This document shows, in pieces, positions 38,001-45,500 of a DNA stretch of 56,363 bases. This DNA comes from Psychromonas sp. (GTDB lineage Bacteria; Pseudomonadota; Gammaproteobacteria; Enterobacterales; Psychromonadaceae). The notes beneath the pieces are model-generated. The model was given only the letters and a program-made list of their open reading frames with translations, was not told where the DNA came from and did not search any database. The stretch lies in contig JAOFNL010000001.1 in assembly GCA_028041985.1 (NCBI GenBank), forward strand, positions 1 through 56,363, written 5' to 3'. A program made the translations under genes and the position numbers. The first letter of the stretch is position 1; every line of letters starts with the position of its first letter.

Positions 38001-39878
38001 GCTGCCGACAGAGTTGCTAACTTGGTTATTCGAGAGCTAAACGATAAAAAAATTAGGCCTGTTGAGGTTGGATTTAATACAAAAGGGCGTTTAACCTTAG
38101 TCACTAAAAGCACTGATAGTTATTCACTAGATGCAGGAAACTCCATTGATAAAGACTCTGTGTTTCTCGTCAGTGGTGGCGCTAAAGGTGTGACGGCACA
38201 TTGTGTAGTGGAGATTGCTAAACAATACCAATGTAAGTTTATTTTGTTGGGCCGCTCTGAGTATAAAGAAAATGAACAGAGTTGGGCTTCACCACATGAT
38301 TCAGAAGACGCTTTGAAAAAAGCGGCTATGCAGTTTTTATTAGACAACGGTGAAAAGCCTAATCCTAAATGGATTAAAAGATTAGTAAGTGAAGTACTTT
38401 CTAATCGAGAAATCAGTCAAACATTACAAAAAATCGAAGATGAAGGTGCTATTGCTGTTTATATTTGTGCAGATGTGTGTGATAAAACCGAGCTTACAGA
38501 AGCTATCAAACCGATTTGTGAGAGATGGGGAACGATAACGGGAGTAATACATGGTGCTGGCGTATTAGCTGACAAATATATTGAACAAAAGACATTGCTT
38601 GAATTTGAACAAGTTTATAATACTAAAGTGGATGGTTTAGATGCGCTATTAGCTTGTTGCGATTTAGAACGATTGGATCATTTGGTTCTATTTTCTTCTG
38701 CTGCTGGTTTTTATGGCAATCCAGGCCAATCTGATTATGCGATTGCAAACGAAATTTTAAATAAAACAGCCTATCGTTTTAAGTCTTTGTATCCGAAATG
38801 CCAAGTATTAAGTTTCAACTGGGGACCATGGAACGGTGGAATGGTTACTCCAGAATTAAAACGCATGTTTGATGAGCGTGGGGTTTATATCATCCCCGTT
38901 CAATCAGGTGCGACGCTATTAGTGCATGAATTAACTGCGAACAATAATCGTTGTGTTCAAATCGTAGTAGGTACGGATATGTCTGGTAATAACAATAGCG
39001 AAGAAACTATTGAGAACAGTAGCTCTAAGCCATTATCAAGTAGTGTCGTGAAAGTGTTTAATACCGACAAGAGCTCTTTACTTAAAGATCATAAAATTGA
39101 TGGTTTTCAAGTATTACCAACTGTCTGTGCTATTGCATGGATGCAAAATGTTTGTGAAGATCTTTATCCTGATTACAAATATCAAGGATTTGAAGAGTTC
39201 AAACTATTTAAAGGTATTGTTTTTGATGGTAGTCAGGCTAAAGAATTTTTAATTGACACTAAACTGGTTCAAGATTCTGAGGATTCATTGTGTGTAGAAG
39301 TACTAGTAAGTAGTGAAAAAGAGAAGGGCAAAACTTTCTTCCATTATCGCGCTTTAGTTAATTTATCAAATAAAAAACCTGAAATGTTAATTTATCAAGA
39401 ATCTTTACCATCATTGGTGAAAACGGTATCTCCTGAGGTTTTGTCGCTTTATCGTGATGGAAGTTTATTCCACGGTGAAAAATTTCAAGGCATTAAGCAC
39501 ATTCATCAAATTAATGAAGCAGGAATGCTACTAGAGTGTGTCATTGACCAATCAGTTTTAAAATCTCAAGGTGAATTTTTACTTGTTGAAAATAATGTAT
39601 TGGCTAATGATTTGGTTTATCAAGCATTGTTAACTTGGACTAGTAAATATATTGGTCAAAGTAGCTTACCGAGCAGTACAGATGCTTGGGAAGTATTTCG
39701 TGAAGTCAAAATAAATGAATATTTCTTTGTTAAGTTAACAATCTCTAAACAAGTTGGACAACGAGTTATTGGTGATTTGTTAATAATCGATAAAAATCAC
39801 AATATCATCAGTAAAGTGACTGCAGCAGAAGTTACATGCAGTCCAACACTAAAAGATATATTCAAGGCTAATGCATAA
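32016..39878 (+). CDS. pfaA: PUFA synthase PfaA (KS-MAT-ACPx6-KR-DH)
   Basis: DAACAGS, EAHGTGT (KS); GHSFGE (AT); six LGIDSIKRVE ACPs; SGGAKGVT and YAIAN (KR); likely start ATG 32016 after GGAGA (ORF opens at 31965). Confidence 0.96.
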   Translation: MSKNKTTNTASDKRINSRLQETPIAIVGMASVFAESKNLGQFWDTIVNSVNGIQDVPEDRWAIDDYYSADKKAADKSYCKRGGFLPEVDFDPMEFGLPPNILELTDITQLMALVVARDVLADAGVSDESSFDRDKIGITLGVGGGQKQGGQLMSRLQGPVLEKVLKASGLSDNDTDVIVDKFKKAYIPWEENSFPGMLGNVIAGRIANRFNFGGTNCVVDAACAGSLAAIKMAVSDLLEYRSDMMLSGGICCDNSPFMYMSFSKTPAFTDGDCIRPFDEKSNGMMIGEGVGMIALKRLEDAERDGDRIYSVIKGIGSSSDGKFKSIYAPRPEGQLKALKRAYDDAGFDPKTCGLIEAHGTGTKAGDAAEFRGLELLFSEDNDEKQHVALGSVKSQVGHTKAAAGTAGLIKAALALHHKVLPATINVDKPNQNLEIENTPLYINTETRPWMQRADGIKRRAGISSFGFGGTNFHLVLEEYTPRQHGAYRLNDVAQSFLFSATNKSNLIDELVNNLTLLKVDVELQPYAFNQLILSYPVKKIAKTYARCGFVAKNIEQAIQFIEQTIEQLTTNESDAWSKPNGIHYRSKSMDTQGKVVALFSGQGSQYLNMGRELVCHFPSMMVTQTAMDQQFHEAGKQSLSKVVYPIPVFDQQARAEQELTLRLTQHAQPAIGSFSVGLFNTFKQAGFKADFSAGHSFGELTALWAADVLSEVDYMKLTMARGQAMSAPEDPELDNGTMVAVIGDVAEIESRIASIKGVTIANYNAHNQAVIAGESSAIESARTELTANGFKVITLPVSAAFHTPLVGHAQQPFAEAIDAVTFKKPTIAVYSNATGDIYSNNPDEIKEELKDHILQSVQFSKEIKNLYAAGGRIFVEFGPKNVLKRLVDNILEDKNDVVTIATNGSAKTSSDLQVRLAAIQLAVLGLELNTIDPYSAVARPTVAPQKSPLAMKLSGASYVSPKTKKAFADTLTDNWKISSDHSTQPAVKEVIKEVVVEKIVEKLVYVDSTGKPIANQPIQTATAGASSVLESVEQFIKHQSQLLAVHQSYLDGPNRYVDTFKAVLAAQAGQQKLPEGLDKTLAMYHDFQTETLRVHETYLNNQTNNMQQMLDNVSGVQVSTASSQRLQVPSAVNPINLQQQLQATHQTVQNAKSESVNISKITATNDLQFIENKMLSVVAEKTGYPIEMLELSMDMEADLGIDSIKRVEILGAVQDDISDLPELDAELLSQMRTLAQIVAYMNEVMDKAGVHPQNVISSHTSANATIQFDSEAIEKVMLQVVADKTGYPTEMLELSMDMEADLGIDSIKRVEILGAVQDEIDNLPELDAEQLSQMRTLAEIVDYMNHVMSSVNSNVTSSTMAEPSSIDIKAIESVMLNVVADKTGYPTEMLELSMDMEADLGIDSIKRVEILGAVQDEITNLPELDAEQLSQMRTLAEIVTYMNEVAATVSSISLAVNTVVESKVNQNTVSQDNFISATSVIDTQLIESIMLAVVADKTGYPTEMLELNMDMEADLGIDSIKRVEILGAVQDEISNLPELDAEQLSQMRTLAEIVAYMNEVAANEPTTTQGSKVNESIKTLADNIIDVELIERTMLSVVAEKTGYPIEMLELNMDMEADLGIDSIKRVEILGAVQDEINNLPELDAEQLSQMRTLAEIVGYMNEVATTEPTATLDPNVSEPVNTSADNAIDVELIGRTMLSVVSDKTGYPTEMLELNMDLEADLGIDSIKRVEILGAVQDHITNLPELDAEQLSKMRTLAEIVNYMNEVQGTKASSNIPVFVEPTVSEMSPDIVEAESVVEFSPAPSSIVEIKQLAAIECMDSRVTNKNMLLVNDGQGSCVYIANNLSQLGWNVVVITPSWIERATTKIFNDGIININLSDITESALKDILITKSEWQSVIYLHPKSEVFGIQFETQYKKGLQLAFLLAKLSKLNQNNNETRSSFLVLTRQGGDFATNNIEKKSDLVQGGLAGLVKTLDHEWDNVFCRIIDIPSLYAADRVANLVIRELNDKKIRPVEVGFNTKGRLTLVTKSTDSYSLDAGNSIDKDSVFLVSGGAKGVTAHCVVEIAKQYQCKFILLGRSEYKENEQSWASPHDSEDALKKAAMQFLLDNGEKPNPKWIKRLVSEVLSNREISQTLQKIEDEGAIAVYICADVCDKTELTEAIKPICERWGTITGVIHGAGVLADKYIEQKTLLEFEQVYNTKVDGLDALLACCDLERLDHLVLFSSAAGFYGNPGQSDYAIANEILNKTAYRFKSLYPKCQVLSFNWGPWNGGMVTPELKRMFDERGVYIIPVQSGATLLVHELTANNNRCVQIVVGTDMSGNNNSEETIENSSSKPLSSSVVKVFNTDKSSLLKDHKIDGFQVLPTVCAIAWMQNVCEDLYPDYKYQGFEEFKLFKGIVFDGSQAKEFLIDTKLVQDSEDSLCVEVLVSSEKEKGKTFFHYRALVNLSNKKPEMLIYQESLPSLVKTVSPEVLSLYRDGSLFHGEKFQGIKHIHQINEAGMLLECVIDQSVLKSQGEFLLVENNVLANDLVYQALLTWTSKYIGQSSLPSSTDAWEVFREVKINEYFFVKLTISKQVGQRVIGDLLIIDKNHNIISKVTAAEVTCSPTLKDIFKANA
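35521..37315 (+). repeat. Six tandem ACP-domain repeats within pfaA
   Basis: Six copies of V(A/S)(E/D)KTGYP.EMLEL.MD.EADLGIDSIKRVEILGAVQD separated by variable linkers. Confidence 0.92.
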
Positions 39879-42528
39879 AATGTTATCGGTGATAGGTTTA
39901 GATGTCAGTTTTGATACGGTAAAGGATATCGATGCATTCGATTATCACCTTTACCGTAATAAACCTATCACGCTGACAACAGAAAATAATGATAAACAAG
40001 CAGTTGATAATACAATAAGTTTAATTAATCGTTTACTCAGAAATTTTTACCATCTTGATGACAATCATCACAGCGAGGTGTCACTAAGTGGTGTGGTTAT
40101 GTGCTCTGGTGTGGTTTCAAATATTGGTAAGCAAGAAAACGTTGAACCGGGTTCATATCAATCATTTAATCATACTCTGCAAGCACAGAGCCAAGACAAA
40201 CTGAGCGTCACTTTTAGGAATAGGGCTAGTGAACTTAATGATGCTTTAGAGCAAGCCTCTAGATTGAGTGTTGAATCTCATTTACCCGTTGTTGTTGTAT
40301 GCGAAAACCAACCCATTCTAGATGGAGTGGCTGCCTTATTGGTTTGTGATAAAGAGGTATTGAATGAAACTCAACTATCAACAAGTGTTCACTTTCATCA
40401 ATATGCTGAAATAAATGTGTGCTCGTCAATTCCTTTATTGGATATTAAACAAAACCAAAATGACGTAAGCAAACATATTCAACAATTGTTATTCGATAAT
40501 AAGTTAATCACTGAGCAGATTGAGTCTCTTTTCACTTATCAGCATGATAGATCCGCAATCTTTTCAAGAAGATTACATCACAATAGCTGTTTATCTGCTT
40601 ATCAGGAAATGACCACTTTAAACAACAATGTGGATCCACAAATTAAAAGCAATTCAGCAAAAGCTATCCCAAGTACTTTGTTGTCAGAAGTCGATATTAT
40701 TAAATTTGAATCTGAAAATTTTAATACCTTACTTTCATTGATCGCCGCGAGTTTATGTTTAGATCAACGTTATCGTTTAGGTTCGAAACAGGATCTTTTT
40801 AGTGAAGAAATAACGGCAGATATAGATAATATCGGCAAATCTAATTATTTTTATTGCTTATCTGACTCTACTAGTTATTTGCCTAATAAAGAGACATTAC
40901 CTCGAAACATTTTACTCAGCCATTATTTAACTGGCACGGAATGTTTACCTTCTGATAAAACAGAGATGATAAATGACTCTCATCAGTTATTTTTATTGTC
41001 TGAAGCTAAAGATCAAAGCACTGTTACCAATGGCTTTTTAAAGCAGCAGAAAACAAAACCAGTGATCTTTACCGCATCGAGTATTAGTCAATTACTTGTT
41101 TCGTTACGACATGGGCTCGATCAATCGTCCTTTGATACGAGTAATCGCGTAGACTTCATTACATTATGTGAACAGCAATATCAGCAATATCAAGATCAGA
41201 TAAAAGATAAAACCTTATTAGGGTTTTACTGTGTTGTGTTGGTGGCTTCTTGTTTAAACACCTTAGCCAATCAGATTCGGTCTGCAATTTCTGCAATTGA
41301 AAAAGAATGCGATGAAAGTGCAGATGTCGCAACTACGTCTGGTGTCATCAAGCCGTGGAAAACACCTGCAGGTAGTTATTTTAGTGGGCAATTGATAAAT
41401 AAAGCTGAAATGCAACTTCCTTTAAGTTTTATCTACCCAGGGGTAGGTGCTTTGTACGTGGGGATGGGAAAAGACTTATTACGTTTATTTCCTGAATGCT
41501 TTGAGCATTTATTAAGTATTTCTGATGATTTAAATCATAGCTTGCAAGATCACTTAATAACACCGCGTTTATTATCGAAACCGAATTTCAACATGCTAGC
41601 TAAAAAAGAAAAACAATTAAGAGCTGAATTAGCCAATATTGCCGAAGCAGGAGTCAGCTATGCTTGTTTGTTAACGGCCATATTTCAGCATCAATTTCAG
41701 TTAAAGGCGACCTCTGCTGCAGGTTACAGTATGGGTGAAGTCAGTATGTTTGCGGCATTAGGTTGTTGGGATGCACCGCATGTCATGAGTCAGCGGTTAC
41801 AAGAAAGTCCTATTTTCAAAGAACAGTTATCAGGTTCATTAAAGCGATTAGATAAAAACTGGAATGATGGTGAAACTGCACAATGGGAGTCGTATCACTT
41901 AAAAGCTGGGATAATGCAGGTTGAGCCATTACTTGCTCAGTTTCCAAAAGTTTATATCACTATCATCAATACACCAGAAAGTTTAGTGATTGCAGGAGAA
42001 CCATCTCAATGTCTTGCATTAGCTAAGTGTTTGTTGCTACGTGCCATTGCACTAAATGTTCCTAATATTATTCATTGTCCATTGGCTAAAAGTGAATATG
42101 AGAATATGTTACAACTTTATTCACTGCCAGTTAAAGATAAAATCAGTTGTCAGTTTTTTTCTAGTTCATGTTATTTACCCGTTCCTATTACCGAAAAAGC
42201 CATTGCGGTAAGTATTAGTAAATGCCTAACAGAACAAGTAGATTTCCCTCGATTAATAGAAAAACTTGCTTCAACAGGTGAACGAGTTTTCATTGAAATG
42301 GGAGCCGGGAAATCGCTAAGCACTTGGGTTGAAAGAATATTAAAAGACAATCCTATATCGATTACTAGTTTATCGGTGAATCAAAAAAATTTAGATGATT
42401 ACAGTGCTATTTTAAAAACCATTACACCACTAATCAGCCTTGGTTATCACATCAATTTACAGTCTTTTTTTAATGGTTCGCTTGTACGTCCCGTTAAACA
42501 AAGCACTGTTTCAGTCTTAGTATCATAG
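39871..42528 (+). CDS. pfaB: PUFA synthase PfaB (degenerate KS-like region plus acyltransferase)
   Basis: WKTPAGSYF, FIYPGVG, AGYSMGE, VDFPRLI, FIEMG; position between pfaA and pfaC. Confidence 0.9.
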   Translation: MHKMLSVIGLDVSFDTVKDIDAFDYHLYRNKPITLTTENNDKQAVDNTISLINRLLRNFYHLDDNHHSEVSLSGVVMCSGVVSNIGKQENVEPGSYQSFNHTLQAQSQDKLSVTFRNRASELNDALEQASRLSVESHLPVVVVCENQPILDGVAALLVCDKEVLNETQLSTSVHFHQYAEINVCSSIPLLDIKQNQNDVSKHIQQLLFDNKLITEQIESLFTYQHDRSAIFSRRLHHNSCLSAYQEMTTLNNNVDPQIKSNSAKAIPSTLLSEVDIIKFESENFNTLLSLIAASLCLDQRYRLGSKQDLFSEEITADIDNIGKSNYFYCLSDSTSYLPNKETLPRNILLSHYLTGTECLPSDKTEMINDSHQLFLLSEAKDQSTVTNGFLKQQKTKPVIFTASSISQLLVSLRHGLDQSSFDTSNRVDFITLCEQQYQQYQDQIKDKTLLGFYCVVLVASCLNTLANQIRSAISAIEKECDESADVATTSGVIKPWKTPAGSYFSGQLINKAEMQLPLSFIYPGVGALYVGMGKDLLRLFPECFEHLLSISDDLNHSLQDHLITPRLLSKPNFNMLAKKEKQLRAELANIAEAGVSYACLLTAIFQHQFQLKATSAAGYSMGEVSMFAALGCWDAPHVMSQRLQESPIFKEQLSGSLKRLDKNWNDGETAQWESYHLKAGIMQVEPLLAQFPKVYITIINTPESLVIAGEPSQCLALAKCLLLRAIALNVPNIIHCPLAKSEYENMLQLYSLPVKDKISCQFFSSSCYLPVPITEKAIAVSISKCLTEQVDFPRLIEKLASTGERVFIEMGAGKSLSTWVERILKDNPISITSLSVNQKNLDDYSAILKTITPLISLGYHINLQSFFNGSLVRPVKQSTVSVLVS

Positions 42529-42537
42529 AGAGTATTT

Positions 42538-45500
42538 ATGGAAAACATCGCCATTGTTGGTATCGCTAATTTATTTCCTGGTTCTAATGCTCCAGAAGCA
42601 TTCTGGGAGCAATTATTACAACAAAAAGATAATAGAACCCAAATTACTGATCTCGAGTTAGGTGTGGATCCTACTGAATATTTAGGTAAAAAAGGTGAAA
42701 GTGACAAATATTATTGCCTTTATGGCGGTTATATTCGAGACTTTAGCTTTGATGCCTCTGAATATTTCACTGATGCTACGGCAAGCCATCTCTCTGTAAA
42801 TGATTTAAATAAATTGGATGACTTGCATCAATGGTCTCTATATGTAACGAAATGTGCTTTACAGGATGCAGGATATTGGCAAAGTGAAAAACTACAAGAT
42901 TGTGGATTAATCTTAGGTAATTTGTCTTTTCCCACTAAACAATCAAACCATCTTTTTTTAGATACCTATCGACATGTTGTTGAACTTGCCTTACAGCAAA
43001 CTTTGCATAATGAATTAACTATTAATGCTTTTGCGGACCAGTTAAACGTTTCACCTGAAAATGCACTAGTAGCAGGTTATCCTGCAGCATTATTAGCTCA
43101 GGTGAATGGTCTAGGTGGGAGTTACTTTGCATTAGATGCTGCCTGTGCCTCATCCTGTTACAGCGTGAAATTAGCCTGTGATTATTTGCAAACAGGCAAA
43201 GCCAATATGATGTTAGCAGGTGCTGTTTCGGCTGCTGACTCTTTATTTGTTAATATGGGTTTTTCTATTTTTCAAGCCTTTCCTGAGAATAATCGTCATG
43301 CACCGTTTGATATAGATTCACAAGGACTTTTCGCTGCACAAGGTGCTGGGATGATGGTTCTAAAGCGACATAGTGATGCCATTAAAGACGGAGACCATGT
43401 TTATGCGGTTATTAAAGGTGGTGCTTTAACCAATGACGGTAAAGGTGAATTTGTTTTAAGCCCTAATAGTAAAGGGCAAGTTCTGGCTTATGAACAAGCT
43501 TATAAAAATGCACAGGTTGACCCGAAGTTTATCGATTATATCGAATGTCACGCAACAGGTACTCCAAAAGGTGATAAAGTTGAATTTAGCTCAATGGAGC
43601 AGTTTTTTAGTCAATATGAACACAAACCTTTATTAGGATCTGCTAAATCTAACCTTGGACATTTGTTAACCGCCGCGGGTATGCCTGCGATGACAAAAGC
43701 TATTTTTGCTTTAAATGAAAAAATCATTCCAGCAACAATTAATGTTGATAACGCAATTGTTACTGCACAAGGTTATTTCTCTGGCGATCAAATCCCTACT
43801 AGCAATGTGCAATGGCCTGAACATGATCATCAAGCGACTGCTGGGGTAAGTGTATTTGGTTTTGGTGGTAGTAACGCTCATATTGTATTGCAAGCAGGAG
43901 ACACACCTTTCATTGAAAATGATCTGCAAGTAAATGACGTGCAAGGTTTATCGATAGTGGGCATGGACTGCCATTTTGGTTCAATTGATAATGTGACTGA
44001 CTTTCAACAATTTTTAAACAACCGTGATATAGCCGAAAAAAATTGTTTTATGGACTTACCAGAACAGCGTTGGCAAGGTATTGACCAACAGAATTCTGTT
44101 TTGAACAAAGCTGGATTAAATAAAGCACCTAAAGGTAATTATATTAGTGAATTTGATATCGATTTTTTACGCTTTAAAATCCCACCCAATGATCAAGATA
44201 GTTTAATTCCACAACAATTGTTGATGATGAAAGTCGCCGATAATGCGGCTAAAGATGCAAAGTTAAGTGAAGGCTCGAATGTTGCTGTTTTAGTCGCAAT
44301 GGGACTAGAGTTGGACTTGCACCAATATCGTGGCCGTGTAAATTTATTTTCCCAAATTAAACAAAGCTTTATCGACCAAGGTATTGAACTATCAGCAGAT
44401 CAATTAACAGAACTGACTGAAATTAGTAAACAAAGTATTAATGAGCCAGCTCAATTGAATCAATATACAAGCTTTATTGGTAATATTATGGCTTCTAGAA
44501 TATCTGCTTTATGGGACTTTAACGGACCCGCTTTTACCGTTTCTAGTGAAGAAAACTCAGTCTATCGTTGTGTTGATATTGCTGATAATCTGTTTAAAAC
44601 CAGTGATGTTGAAGCAGTCATCATTGCCAGTGTTGATCTTGCTGGTAGTTTTGAGAACATTTCACTTAGACAGCGTTTTAATCCCGTGAGTGAAAATGCA
44701 GAAGTTCAAACTACACCTGATCAGCAATCACATTGGTTAGTTGGAGAAGGTGCTGGTGCGATAGTGTTAAAACCTAGAAATCATAAACAAATGGTTTCAG
44801 ATGCTGCTGTATATGGTCAAATCGAATCTTGTGTGTTTTCACCTAATAGAGGGCAGCAAAGTAACGAACAAATTGCGAATCGTGCATTACAGCAAGCAGG
44901 TTTAAAAGTAGAACAGATATCTCAAGTTGAGTCTTTTGCTGCGGGTGATGAATTGCAATTAGCAACAGAGCAGCAGGCCTTATCAACCGTTTATGAAAAT
45001 GCTCAGTTTGTATCATCCAAACAGCTAGTCGGACATCTATATAATGCTTCTGGAATGGTGAGCCTTATTGCAAGTGTATTAGCAACTAAACAATCAATCA
45101 CTAAAGCAGGTGATGCGCCACGTTATGTTGCGATCAATGGTCTAGGTTTGGATAACAGTATTGCGCATTTAATAGTCTCCAATGTGAATGCGACTAAACA
45201 AGTCGGGTCTTTGGCTAGCAGTGATACATCGGTGGTTAAAAAGTTAAGTTTGATTAAAACGGTTAAATTAGGTGGAAAATCCATTTATGATTCAATTTGT
45301 TCTGAACGTAATAATCCAAATTTTCTTCAAGTGAAAGCACTGCTTAATAATAAATTTAATCCTGTCGAGATTCTAACCACTAGTGAAGCTAAGTCACTCG
45401 CTGTGCAAAGTAATGGTTTATTTGATAGTGTGAGCCGAGAAATCACTCAGCTCAATGAAACGCATCAAGCATTTTTACGTGCGAGATTTATTGCAGAGCA

